Of a stretch of 64,000 nucleotides of DNA, positions 44,736 to 62,313 are shown piece by piece. Where the stretch lies: NCBI RefSeq assembly GCF_009914755.1, contig NC_060932.1, one strand, 5' to 3'. Below the pieces are notes generated by a model. It was not told the DNA's origin. It saw nothing but the letters and a program-made list of their open reading frames with translations, and did no database searches. The DNA comes from the human T2T-CHM13v2.0 reference genome, Homo sapiens. Each line of letters opens with the position of its first letter. Positions within the stretch are counted from its first letter, which is position 1. The translations under genes and the position numbers were made by a program.

Positions 44736-47409
44736 AATGACTGACTATAACCCTGTTTGGAAATAAATCTTTCATTTTTCAAATTAGTTTATTGCAGGAT
44801 CAACAATGAAGATATTGCTCTCAGTAAAATTTTATTCACCACCACTGTCTGTACATGTTGACCTCCTCAGAAGGTGAAAGATGCCACCATTTAGGTTTGG
44901 GAGATAGAACAGATTCCCCAAATTGCCTAAAAGATACTAGATGGCAGGTAAGTTTGTATACAGGCCCACAACAACAAGTTTACCCACAAATGAATCTGAA
45001 ATTTACACATTTTACATTCTAAAATGTAACACGTCACTTCCTCTACAAATAGATTAGTCTTTTTTTATAAATAACATACAATGCGTGAAACCTGACAATC
45101 CATCTTTCTGAAACTTATTCATAAATATGCCTGTTTTTTAATAATAGCTAAAATTGACCCTTTTAAAACATAAAACAGCCATTTATAGTAAAATTAGAGT
45201 TGTACAATCATAACCACAACCTAACCTTAGAACATTTTCACCACACCAAAAGGAAACCCTATACCTATTAGCACTCACTCCTCATCTCCCTCTGACAATT
45301 ACTCGTCTACTTTCTGTCTGCACAGACTTGCCTATTTTGGACATTCTATATAAATATATGGACTCTTAGGATGACTTCTTTCACTGAGCATAAAATTTTA
45401 AAGGTTTGTCTATATTGTAGGATCTATCAGTCTTCATTCCTGTTTTATTGATGAATAATATTCCATTGTGTGGGTATAGTACATTTTGCCTTTCTATTCA
45501 TCATTTGGTAGACATTTCAACTGCTTCTACCATTTGGCTATTGTGAATAATGCTGCATGAACATTCATGTACAAACTTTTGTGCAGATATATATTTTCCA
45601 TTCTCTTGGGTACATGCTTAGGAGTGAAATTTCTGGAACATATGGGTAACAATGTTTAACATTTTGAGAAACTGCCAGAGTGTTTCCATAGTGGCTATGC
45701 CATATTATATTCCCACAGAAATGTATGAGGATTCCAATTTCTCCACATCCTTGCCAACACTTGTTATTGTCTGGTTTTTGAATTCTAGTCATCCAAGTGG
45801 GTGTGAAATAGTATCCCATTGTGGTTTTGATTTCCATATCCCTAATGAATAATAATGTTGGACATCTTGTCATATACTTATGGGCCTTTTGTATATCTTC
45901 TCTGGAGAAATGTTTATTCAAATACTTTGTCCATTTTCCAGTTGAGTTGTTGACTTTTTATTGTTGATTTGAAAGTAGCCTTTATATATTCTTAGTAAAA
46001 GTCTCTTATTACATATGTGATTTTCAAATATTTTACCTGTTTTTTAAGTTGTCTTTTCTATCTTGATGGTGCCCCTTGAAGCACAACAGTTTCAAACTTT
46101 GGTGAAATACAATGTAATTTTTCTCTAAACATTTTTTTCTAAAATGTTGTCACTTTTGTTTTTGTTGTCATATCTAAGAAACCATTGCTTAGTCCAAGGT
46201 CAAAATCTACTCCTAATATTTTCTTCTAAGGGTTTTATAATTTTATTATTTATATTTAAGTTGCTGACCCATTTTGAGCTAATTTTTGCATATGCTGTGA
46301 GGTGGAGGTACAAATTCATTCTTTTGCATCTGGATATACAATTGTTTCAATACCGTTTGTTAAAGAGACTATTGTTTCTTCATTGAGTGGTCTTGGAAGC
46401 CTGTCAACAATCTATTGACCACAGACATAAGGGTTTATTTTTGAAATCTGATTTACATTCTATTGATCTATATGTCCTTATACCAGTACCACACTGTCTT
46501 GATTACTATCACTTTGTAACAAATATCAAAATTTGGAAGACTAAGTACTCCAACTTAATTCTTCTTTTTCAAGATTGTTTTCTCTATACTGGGACCCTTT
46601 TAATTTTCTATAAATTTTAGAAATGGCTATTCAATTTCTGGAAAAAAAAAAGACAGAATTTTGAGCTAAAGTTCACTGAATCAACATCAATTTGGGTATC
46701 ATTAACATGTTAACAATACTAAATTTTCAGATCCATGAAAATACGATGTCTTTACATGTGAAGAAGACATGTATTTATGTCTTCTTTATTTTCTTTCAAC
46801 AATGTTTTATAGTTTTAGTCATGTAGGATTTATACTTCTCCTGTTAAATTTATTCCTAAGTATTTTATTTTTTGATAGTATTATAAATGGAAAGTTTTCT
46901 TAATTTCATTTTTGGATTGTTAATTGCTATTGTGTAGAAATGGAATTAGTTTTGTATTTTCGTCTTATATTCTGCAAATGTGCTGTAATATTTATTCATT
47001 CCAATAGTTTTTTAATGGATCTATATAGTAGATCATGTAATCTGCAAATAGAGATCATTTTACTTCTTCCTCTCCAATCTAGAGGCTTTTATGTCTTTTT
47101 CATACCCGTTTACCCTGTAGTAATGTTGAATAGAAGTGATGAGAGTGACCATCCTAGTCTCGTTTTGGATCTTATGGCAAAACATTATTTCACCCTTAAA
47201 TGTAAGATTAGCTATGAGTTTTTCATAGCTGATTTCTTTCCTCTTTCATGCTATTCTTGTCATACAAATTACGTCTCGGTATATTAGAAGACCATCAACA
47301 CAGTTTTATAATTATTGTTGTTTGCCATTGTTTTTCAAATCAAAGAAGAGGAAAAAGAGTTTCAAACAAAAAAAATTATACTTTACAAAATATTTACCTA
47401 TTTAATCAC

Positions 47410-47800
47410 TGTATATTTACTAGGGCTGCATAAGAAAGTGTCACAGACTGAACGGCTTAAATAACACACATTTATTTTTTCACCGTTCTAGGGGCTAGAA
47501 GTCTGAACTCAAGATATTAGCAGGTTTGGTTTCTCCTGAGACCTCTTTCATTGGCTTGTAGATGGCTACCTCCTTGCTATGTCCTCACATAGCCTTTGTT
47601 CTGTCAGTGTACGTTTCTGGTGTCTCTTCCTACTCATATAAGTACACCAGTCATATTGAATTAGGACCCACACTAATGACTTCATTTTAACTTAATCATA
47701 ACTTTAAAGATCTTATCTCCAAATCTGATTACATTCTGAGATACTGGGGACTGGGACTTTAACATGTGCATGTTGAGGGAACACATTTCCACTCATAACA
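47410..47800 (-). mobile_element. MaLR solo LTR (MLT1B-like)
   Basis: tg...ca ends, 'caccagtcatattgaattaggacccacactaatgacttcattttaacttaat' and 'cattctgagatactggggg'-type motif. TSD atcac/attac. Confidence 0.9.
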
Positions 47801-49451
47801 ATTACATTTATTGATGCTATTTATTTCTTTGCATGGGTTCATATTACTTTCTAGTATCATTTATTTCAGGGAGACTGAAATACTCTCTTTAGTATTTATT
47901 TCCTGTAGGGCAGATCTACCAATAATAACCTCTTCATTTTCTTCCTTTATTTGAGGATGTCTTAATTTCCTTTCATTTTTAAAAGTAACTTTTCTAGACA
48001 TAGAATTCTTGGTTGATAATATTTTTCTTTAAGCACTCTGTATATATAATCTCACTGCCTCTTGGCTTACATGGCTCCTAATGGGAAGTCAGCTGTTAAC
48101 CTTAATGATCATCCCTTATACATGATACATCACCTTTTCTTGCTGCTTTCAAGATTCATTTTGCCTTTGCTTTGAACCATTTAACAGTGTTTAGGTGTGT
48201 ATCTCATCGTATTACCTTACTTGGAGTTCGTTGAGTTTCTTGGATATGCATATTAATTTTTTATCATATTTGGGACATTTTCAGCAATTATTTATTCAAA
48301 TATTCTTCCTACTCCCCTCTTTTACCTCCTTTCTGGGGTCCCATTATGCATATCTTGGTGTGCTTGATAGTGCCCCACAGCTCTATGAAGCTGTATTCAT
48401 TTTTCTTCATTCTTTTTTTTGCTGATTCTCAGACTATCTTCAATTGCCCTATCTTTAAGTTCACTGATTTTTGTCTTCTGCCAATTCATATCTGTTGTTG
48501 AATCACTCTGGTTTTTAATTTCATTTATTTTAGTTTTTAAGTCAAAATTTTATTGGTTCATTTATATCATGTCTTCCTCTTTATTGATAGCCTCTATTTA
48601 GTGAGATATTCTCATATTTTCTTTTAACTTTTCAGACATGATTTTTCTTTATTTCTTTGAACTTATTTATCATAGTTTACTTGAAGTATTGGTCTAATAA
48701 GTCAAACATCTGGGCTTCTGTGGGGTCAGTTCTATTGACTAGTGGATTTTTCCCCCTGTGTATCAGCCATACTTTACTCTACCTTTGCATGTCTCATAAC
48801 TTATGGGTGAAAGTCATTTTAAGTAATGATTATCAAATATCAATTTTGTGAATTGTTTTTTCCCTCTTCCACAGCACTTGGTATTGCTGCTATTTGTTTT
48901 TTTTTCATTGTTGTGAATTTGCCTAGTGACTTTCCTTGACTAATTTTATAAAGTTTGTCTTGTTTGTGCAGCCACTTGAGTGTGTCTGCTTCATTGGTTT
49001 AGTGGTCAGCTAGTGACTGGAAAATGATTTCCTTAAATGCCTTGTCCCAGCCTTTGTCAGGCATACACCTTCACTGTCCCAGCAATGTACAACTCTGTTA
49101 GACTTTACTTCCTGCCTCATGGTTAGCCATAGGGGAAAGTATAAGGTCTTCTTAGGCCTTTCCCAGGCATGCATATAGCCCTGTTTATGTGCATGGCCTT
49201 CTAGAATTCCTGGAATAAGTCAACACTTTTCAGAGCTCCCTATAGACATCTTATTTCTCAGTTAATCCTTTCAGGTTTTTTGTTGAGTCACTTGTTTACT
49301 ACAAATGTGATCACTGCCTCAAGCAGCTGCTATGTTCAGCAATTGCTGCTGATTATTTTAGACTAATGTCCTGGAGATTGGGTTGTTCATACTGTGTGCA
49401 TCCTGAATTAAATCAAATAAAGATAAGCCCTGGGAATGGGGGCTTTTCCAG

Positions 49452-49815
49452 TGTCTTAGTCAGTTCAGGCTTCTGTAACAGAATACAATATACTATGTGG
49501 CTTCCACAGCAAACATTTATTTCTCACAATTCTTAAAGCTAGGAAGTCCATGTCCAAGATACTGGAAGAATCAGTATCTGGTGAGGGCCTACTTCCTGGT
49601 TCATAGATAGCTGTGCTCTCACTGTATCCTCACATTGTAAAAGGGGTGAAGGAACTCTCTGGGGTCTCTTTCATAAGGTCACTAATCTCACTCATGATGG
49701 CTTTACTCTCATGACCTAATGTCCCAAAAGTTCCACCTCCTAATACCATCACTTTAGGTATTAGGATTTCAACATATGAATTTGGAGAGGGGACACAAAC
49801 ATTCAGTTCATAACA
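49452..49815 (-). mobile_element. MaLR solo LTR (MLT1A0-like)
   Basis: tgtcttagtcagttcaggct...'cacctcctaataccatcac'...'gacacaaacattcagttcataaca'. Perfect 5-bp TSD tccag (49447-49451 / 49816-49820). Confidence 0.93.
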
Positions 49816-50120
49816 TCCAGTGATCTTCCAGACAGGTCAAATAGTGGCAACTCTCTGCAGATGGGACTTTTGGGGAACCCCAAACCCTTTCTCGTCTTCT
49901 TTAGAGGCTCCTAGGCTGCTGGTTTTTATTGCTACCATGGTGGTAAGGCTGTTGGTTTCAAGACAGCTGCAGAATTAAAAGAGGAGGATAGAACAGGGCA
50001 AGTTAAAATACCACAAACTCCCAGTTTTCACCACAATTCAGTAATTTTCCTTGAATAAATATTCCTTAAATTATTGTGAGCCTTTCATTAATTTCCAGAG
50101 CTCTGAATAAGTTGGTTTGG

Positions 50121-50122
<2 letters not shown>

Positions 50123-50153
<31 letters not shown>
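50123..50153. repeat. (TG)n microsatellite, about 15 pure units
   Basis: Uninterrupted tg run. Confidence 0.95.
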
Positions 50154-50156
<3 letters not shown>

Positions 50157-51666
50157 ATGCATGTGCATGTTTGTGGTGAGCATTCTCATCACTGTTGTAG
50201 AAGAGCAGATTTTCAAAGGCTCTTATGGCAATGTTTCAGAAGTGCTTCTTCTCCATCTGTTTTTTAATACACCCTTATTTTTTAACTGGCCAGGACTGGA
50301 ACTCAAACCTCAGTAATGTGGCTCAGTACTCACTTAGGGCCACACCTATTATCTTATTTTCTGAAATAAGTTGTTGTAATAAGAAACCTTGAGGCAGAGT
50401 CACTGCTGGTCAGGGAAAGTAGCCCAGTGCTGCTCAGTTGGAAGGTGCTCTTGGGTACAACTTGCTGACTCTGAGATATCAAGGAAGTGCTCCTCCCATT
50501 GAAAGGAAGACAGAGGGGGAGGAGGGCAAGGGTTCCGAATCTCAGGCTAAACTCCTGGAGCCCAGGAAACTGAACATAGAAGTGAAGCTAATGCTTCCTC
50601 AAGTTGTTGGGAGTTATTGGCCTTAGAGAATAAAGGAGACTAAAGGGAGGTGCATGAGTGGCAGAACACTACCAGTGACCAGCAGCAGAGAGTTGTTCCC
50701 ATGGCATTGCGAGAGAAAGGGGAAGTGAAGGCAGCATGAAGGAAAGGGAACTTCCTTCAAGTCCCAGTTAATGCTGAATATTTGCCAATACCTGGCTGCT
50801 TCTACCTGAGGGACGTATGTGAGTTGGCACTGCCTATAAAACTTTCCTATTAGTTGTTTATTACATTTTTTTTTACATTCAACTTTATCAACATATTTTC
50901 AAATGTTCAGTTGTAAGGGAAATTTTTTTTTAACTCTCTCTGGAAGCTTGGATGTTACTTTATTAAAACTTGAGTAGCATATGGACAAAGCAGTGAATAC
51001 TTCTCCAGTGTCAGAGTTGAATTGTCCAAAGCAGTTTCCAAATGAGTGCTACCATTTTTTCATCCCTTGTTACGCACTTCACGGACACTTCTGGTATCGC
51101 TGGTGATGGTAGTTGTTGACTTCGCCTATGTGCAATTAATTTTCAAGTGGGCTGGCTTATGTATGTTAAGATATATATATCTTCATTCAGAAGAACTACT
51201 GGATAATGAGATCAATTAATTTTTGAATTTTATTTCTGTTTCAAAGATCAGGGCAGCAAGGAGTAACCAAACACTCCTTAGTATTAAATGTTTCATATTA
51301 TAATACCCTGGAAATGAGCATGTTTTGAGGCTCTTGATAAACACTTCAATTGTTTACCATAAAACAGAATAAGATTAAAGTCAACGTGGAAGTGTAGGAA
51401 GGAGAGAGACTTATTTAAGTTTTGAGAATTATTTGAATCAATTTAGACATATGGATAAAACATTAGTGAATTTAAAAAAAAAAATCCTTTGGAATAAATC
51501 CCTTTGGAGGATTCATCCTCTAAAGACATTGTACCAAAGATAGAGATTTCTGCCAAAACTCATCCACCCTGGAGTAGGGCAGTACAAGAAATGCCACAGG
51601 AGACACAAATGCATAAGTGCTCCTTTAGTTGGGAAATTAAGAATTTGTCAAAGGGATAGAGTGTGA

Positions 51667-51844
51667 TTTTTTTTTTTTTTTTTTTTTTTGAGACGGAGTC
51701 TCACACTATCGCCCAGGCTGGAGTGCAGTGGCACGATCTTGGCTCCCTGCAAACTCCGCCTCCCGGGTTCACGCCTTTCTCCTGCCTCAACCTCCCAAGT
51801 AACTGGGACTACAGGCACCCGCCACTGCGCCTGGCTAATTTTTT
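51667..51844 (-). mobile_element. AluY right arm and tail (3' half of a split element)
   Basis: T-tract, then 'gagacggagtctc...ctccgcctcccgggttcacgcc...ctacaggcacccgccac...ggctaattt'. Confidence 0.95.
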
Positions 51845-54997
<3,153 letters not shown>

Positions 54998-55131
54998 AAT
55001 TTTTTGTACTTTTATTAGAGATGGGGTTTCACCATGTTAGCCAGGATAGGCTCCATCTCCTGACGTCGTGATCCGCCCACCTCGGCCTCCCAAAGTGCTG
55101 GGATTACAGGTGTGAGCCACCTCGCCCGGCC
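54998..55131 (-). mobile_element. AluY left arm (5' half of the split element)
   Basis: 'aattttttgtac...gttagccaggat...gtgatccgcccacctcggcctcccaaagtgctgg...cgcccggcc'. The outer TSD agtgtga lies at 51660-51666 and 55132-55138. Confidence 0.95.
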
Positions 55132-55441
55132 AGTGTGAATATTTTTTAAGAAAACTTTTTTGTGGGAGGAGAGTATGAATTTTTACGTAAAGGCAAGGTA
55201 TGCTGCCAAAGTGTGGAAAGAAACTTCTCATTTATAGAAACTTGGGAATCCCAGGGCATTGCTTGGTAGGGCAGAAAAACTAGTTACTAAATGGTAACCA
55301 AGTGTGGAACAGGAAGTTAATAGGTCTTTATAGCAGAATTAAAACTATAGCTGCAATCAAAACAAATCAAGCAATGTAAAAGATGTTGCCATAAGGCTGT
55401 TGGTCCAGAAGGTATTTTAAGCTAATTAGGAAATGAAACCT

Positions 55442-55956
<515 letters not shown>

Positions 55957-56629
55957 TTAAGGTAGCTTGGCCTGAGGCCCCCTTTTCTTCCTTTCTTACC
56001 TGTTCAAGGAAGAGTGCATAAGTGGGCTTGGGTGCTGCAGACACAGGAGGGTTGATGCCAAGTTGCCCCTCTGCTCAGTCTCAACCGATGAGGTGGTGGC
56101 TGTTACTGGACTCAGTACAGCTTTTGGGCTTTGTCACCCACCAGACCCCATGTTTCCAGTTAGCAATGGCACCCCCAAATTATGTCTGCTCCTCTGGCCA
56201 TGCCCATGAAGAGAATTCCCCCACAGCTTTGACCTCAGGACTGGGCGGCCCCATCATTACCTTCCCACTAGTGCCTCTCCCAAAAACACACCTGGATTGC
56301 CCATCTATATATTTGTCCTTTCAAATAATCCCACAGCACAGTGGCATGCCAGTGCCTCCTTCCCCTCTGCTTCCCCTCCACTTTGCTTGGGCAGAACAGC
56401 TTCATCTCCCAGTGCCATCCCAGGGCCAGATCCCACAGGCTCATGCTTCCCCAGGGCAAAGCTTAGCAAAGCATCTCTTCAACCAAGGCTAGGTCCTTCA
56501 CAGAATTTTCTATTAGCTGCTGGAAAAATGATACTTCATTCAAATAGTTGGAATATGCCTATGACATCTAGAAAAGCTGACCACAAAATGCCCTCCCTCT
56601 TTAAGAGGGGCTCCAGATAGGCCCATTGG

Positions 56630-56728
56630 CTTCTTACTACATTCTCAATGCCTGATACATGGTTGATTCTCCATTACTATTCTCAATTGCTTGTTCAATA
56701 AATGTATAAAATGAATGAACAAATAAGA
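56630..56728 (+). mobile_element. LINE-2 3' tip
   Basis: 'aatgcctgatacat...gttcaataaatgtataaaatgaatgaac'. Confidence 0.5.
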
Positions 56729-58799
56729 TCTATGTATCTGGGCATCAAGAGGGTGAGAGAAAGAATGGGGGATGCATTAGGTGACAAGAAGAACTTTGTA
56801 TGGCATTTTCTTTTCACCCTTCACCAAGAAAGGGCTGGGGAACAAGAGCTCCATTCTCTTGACACTGGCCCAGGTGGCAGCTTTGAGGCTCTCCAAGGCC
56901 TAAGTTATGGACAAGTGGAGCCTCCCTTGCTGGGTGTGGAGAGCAGGCAGGAGGGCCACAAGAAACTTTAAATGTGTGTCTAAAAAGCCCAGGCCATTTC
57001 CTGGAGAAGCATCATCAGGTTCCTCCTGCAATCCCCACAGTGATCAAGAAAATCAGAAAATCAGGACAACTGTGCCCACCCATTCCCTATTGGAGCAAAA
57101 TCCTGCTTAGAGAACAGATGGGGAATTAGTCAACACAAATCAGCATCAACAATGGCATTCTTTGAATTCTGGTGTTGAATGCTACAGAAGTCTCCTGTCT
57201 CCCAACCTTTGGGACCGCAGATACAAGAAGCACAAGATGCTCCGGGAAAAGAGCTCCAGTAGGCAGGACTTGGAGGCTCTGGAGGTGTCTACCATGCTGA
57301 GCACTGCACCACTGCAGCTTTGCAGTGTCAGTAGTGAAACAGGGTCACCAGTGTTGAATGTCACCCTGGCACACACCTCTTATGACTTATCTTTAGCCTC
57401 CGATCCACACATCCTTTCAGGGAATGTGTAAATACACCTCCCTAATGCCCCAGCCACTGCCTCAGCCCCGAGGAAGGTTTACATAATCTCCAGTATGCCA
57501 GAGAAAGTGGAGACCCTTTTCACAAGCATGAGAGCTTCAAGTCTCAAACTATTCTAGATCCTATAGGTGGCAAAAGCAAGAATAAGCCTACATGAATAAA
57601 GGGATCTTTGAACCAGATAATTGTTTATTTGGAAAGGTCTGGAGAGGCCATCCATCCAGCTTTCTTATTTGGAAGGAAACAGTGAGGGGAAATGTCTAAG
57701 TTCTTAGTGCAGTGCTCTTTAGCCCTTTGAAATTAGTCAATGGGATTTTGTATAACTTTATTCTTGATGGTTTTTACTGTAAGCCAAACCTTTTTTTGAT
57801 TTTCCAATATACAATTAGATTAATGAATATGCTTTTGCCAGCTCCATCCACAGAGCCCCTGACAAGGCTTGCATGCATATTCCCAGGAAGGACAGGGTCC
57901 TGACTCTGGTCTGTGGCATGGTTGGGAGGGAGCTGTGAAAGTGTTTTTGTCATGCCCTGCAGCTCCTTCTGGCATGTGAAATTGCCTGATAAGCCAGCTA
58001 ACTGAGTCTGCAGCAAAGGGTTTATTGAAGTTCAAAGAACAAAGAAACAGACATTCAAAGCAAAACACTGGTGGATAATTTAAATCACTTTATTGATCAG
58101 CACCTTTTTCTTTCATGGTACTAAAAAAGACTTTTAATAGGAAACCTCTACAGCTTATCTGTGAATATCTACCAGGAATTGATGATCTACTAAGGGAAGT
58201 CTAAGAATTTTAAGAAGCTTTATTTTCTGTAATTGTGTTTACTTGAAAAGAATATAAGGAGCTTGTTGAGGATAATTGAGGCTAAAAAGTAAATAATTAA
58301 GAAGCAATCATTGTTGGTTACAGACATTAGTCAGTTATGAAAAGGAAAAGCAAGCTTATAAAATAACTATTCGAATAGACTATAGTATTGGCAAAATTAG
58401 TCTAATACCAGTTATTTTTCCTGAAACTAAAGATATTTATTATGACTACAAAATAGGGGTTTCTATTTTATTAATTAGGCTAATGTTTTATTTTGTAATT
58501 TAAAATTTTATAAATGTTTTCTTCTTTGCTTTTTAAAATAGTTAATGCATGCATATGTTAAAAATTCACTGTGTCCATAAAATTATAGGATGATAAAGGA
58601 GTCTCCCACTTTTCCCGCCCTTTACCCACCAGTGCCCTGGTCAACAGTGCAGCACTAATTTTATCTACACACATAGGCAAAAAGGTGGCAGAATCTTGGA
58701 TTGCAACAAGTTTTGGTATCACTGTGCCCTAGAATAAGGAAGAAAGCTAATAGGTGATGATTTGAAAGTAGAAAGCTTGAAACTGAGATTTGTTATTAT

Positions 58800-58990
58800 T
58801 ACTTAATTAAATACTTACTATTAATATAAGACATGTGTTACACTAAGCCTTTTATTTGGATTACTATTTAATTATTCTAACAGCCCTCAAAATTATTCTG
58901 ATTTTGGTGCTAAGAAAACAGAGGCTCAGAAAAATTATATAAACTTATTCCTGTTCCTGCAGGTAGATAGATGTGAAACAGCAGTTTTAA
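58800..58990 (-). mobile_element. MIR SINE
   Basis: 'aaatacttactat...tttaattattctaacagccct...taagaaaacagaggctcagaaaaatt'. Confidence 0.7.
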
Positions 58991-59083
58991 GCAAAATTAA
59001 ATTGCTCCAAAGGACTTCATGATTACAGAATATTTTTTAAAAAAGATATTTCCTGGGACTAAGTATTTTTCATGCAGTAGGAC

Positions 59084-59493
59084 TGTGATAATTTTTAAAT
59101 ATATCTGCAAATTTGCTGACCCTCTTCCCATTAAGACATTAAATATTTGTCCCCTCCCCTTGAACCTGGTGGGCCTTGGTGACACTATCAGCATAATATG
59201 GTGGAAGTGACATTGTGTGACTTCCAAGGCTGGGCTGAAGAAAGCCATGCAGCTTCTGCCAGTCTCTTTATCAGTCTCTGAATGAAGCCTCCGCTCTCCC
59301 CTCCTGGCCTCTCAGCCATGGTAACACACACGTGAGCAGGAAAGCTTTTGGAATCACTACTGCTTCAACCACCATCTAATTACAAGTTTGTGAGAAGCCT
59401 TGAGAATAATAATAATGATGACTGATTGTAATTGTAATTGTTTAGCCCATTGTTTTGAGGTGATTTGTTACACGGCACTATATAAGTGGAAAA
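59084..59493 (+). mobile_element. MaLR solo LTR (MLT1F/G/H-like)
   Basis: 'cccctccccttgaacctgg', 'ggtggaagtgacattgtgtgacttccaaggctggg', ending 'ttttgaggtgatttgttacacggcactatataagtggaa'. Confidence 0.8.
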
Positions 59494-61371
59494 ATAAACA
59501 ACTGTGGCAAATTTAATATACAGAGATAGAACAGGGTCTTGAGACAAATAGCACTTATCAGCCCTAGATTTTATTTTATCCACACAGGTTCTTGCTAGAG
59601 ACACAACGACAATAATTTAATATGATATTTAAAAAATAAATATGTTCAGATTTCTATTAGTACTGAAACCTTTTGCTTTTGATTCTTGGCCTGTTCTACA
59701 GGTTATGTCTGACGTTAATCCCCTCAGCAATGATCCATGTTGTTGTATGTCTTCTCAGTTTGAGTTGCTTGGTTGTTCTGGTTTCATCTAGGATTTTCGC
59801 CAGAGGCCAAGACTGAAATTTTCCAGAAAGATCACTGCTGCATCAACAGCTGTTTATTTCTTATAAAAATGCTCAGTGCAGTGAAGGAATGTGCCTGCGT
59901 ACAACAGTGAGTACAGTTGTGAGAAGCACAGTGGATATTTTTAGGCCTAGCATTCTTTATATTTATCCACTTAAAAATATATTAGTTTCACCTAGATCTA
60001 GGTAAAATAGTTTGCAAAAAGATTTTAGAATTGGGCAATTAATTTTAATTCTGACATCTTGGGCTTTTCACTTTTTCTTAGGCTCTCCTCGCTGACTTCG
60101 TTATTTACTTCATCTAGCATCCATCTTAACTTCTGTGTGAGCCCCTTGCCTTTGAAAACATGTCTTACTTTGTTTATATCCTTACACCTTATTTGTATGG
60201 GTTTAATAGATTACTATTGATGTAAAGTGGTAGTTTTGAGCTGGATTTTGAATAATAGTGAAAATTAAGTGTGCAGTGATACAGGCAGCCATCTTTGTAC
60301 TTGTCACTTATATTCTCTGGAAGGTTTCAGGGCCTCTGGTGGACAAAGTTCAAATTGAGCGCTGATCTTCATGATGTTTGTTGCTGTTGCACTGGGTAAG
60401 ATCATTGCCCCATGAAACAAAAACAAAAACCAGTGTGTTTGTTTAGACTCACCAAAAAAACCGTGAGGTGTTGCAGGAACCCATGGACCTGAAAACAGCT
60501 TTAGGAAAGGTCTGGAACCAAATGTTGGGTTCCTCTCTCTCTGTGTCTCTTGTCTCAGCTCCTCATGGTGTTTCTGCTTTCCCTCCTTTCTCTGTGGCCA
60601 GCTTTCTCTTTTCCCCAGCCATGTCCTAGAAAATGTGACAATCCCACAGCTCTAGTGCTTCTCTAATTTTTTACTGAGAGTATTCTTCCAGGCTGCACGA
60701 GCCCAGTTCATTTCTGCAGCCATAGCCATGGCCAAACTTTGCTCCAATAGCCGTGTGACTAGCAGAAAGAACCACAAAGCCTTTGAGACCAAAGAGGAGA
60801 GGCGAGGCTCTTCATTTGGGGAAAACTCATGCTTACATTGTTCCTATATAGTGGCAGCTATGGGAGGTACTAGATAACTGGAAAAACTAAGAATCTAGAG
60901 TTCTGGAGACGACAGGTCCAAAAGTTGTGCATGCCTCTGTGTCTGGCTTCATCCTCTGGATGAACAGGTCCCAGTAGCCATATATCTGCGCACCCAAGAG
61001 TGATCATAAGTCATCTCTGGCAAATAGTATCAATAAGTTAATTTTTTACTCCCTCTCAATCATTCTTATTAGTAGGGGACCCTGGAAGTGCAGGAGGACA
61101 GGGGGTGGAGAAGCAGCTTGGAGGGAGTCTGGAAGCACAAACTTCTGAGTGTGAGCATTGCCCTCTTATCTGACTCATGTCTCAACACATTCCTTAGTTC
61201 CATTATATAAACACAGGTGTCAGATGCCCACTCTTAGGATTAAGTGTATGTTTGTGTGGTGTGTGTGTTGCTGTGGGTGGATTCTGAGATACATAGACCT
61301 CAGGGGACAAACCAAGAGGACCTAATTGAAGGGGTTATTTTAAAATTCTTCTATAATAAAAGCAGATGAGA

Positions 61372-61699
<328 letters not shown>

Positions 61700-61729
61700 G
61701 GCAGCAGCTCTGAATGTGAAATACTTTTA

Positions 61730-62287
<558 letters not shown>

Positions 62288-62313
62288 TTATTTGATTAAT
62301 AAACCTTTCTTTT

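Larger units (their letters stand above)
45135..50265 (-). mobile_element. Old LINE-1 (L1MB-like 3' end), with part of ORF2 missing and two MLT1 LTR insertions
   Basis: 3' UTR 'agaacattttcaccacaccaaaaggaaaccc...gacttgcctattttggacatt'. ORF2 C-terminal peptide MNKHFSREDIQ...NNKCWQGCGE (45565-45921). ORF1-like antisense sequence at 47850-48650, and 5'-region-like sequence to about 50260. Confidence 0.85.

Noticed and set aside
56022-56492. 156-aa ORF as a protein-coding gene
   Set aside because: It starts at GTG, has no recognisable domain or exon structure, and its length is explicable by the higher local GC.
58367-60003. 12-bp (58367-58378) and 14-bp (59990-60003) palindromes
   Set aside because: Within chance expectation for this window length.
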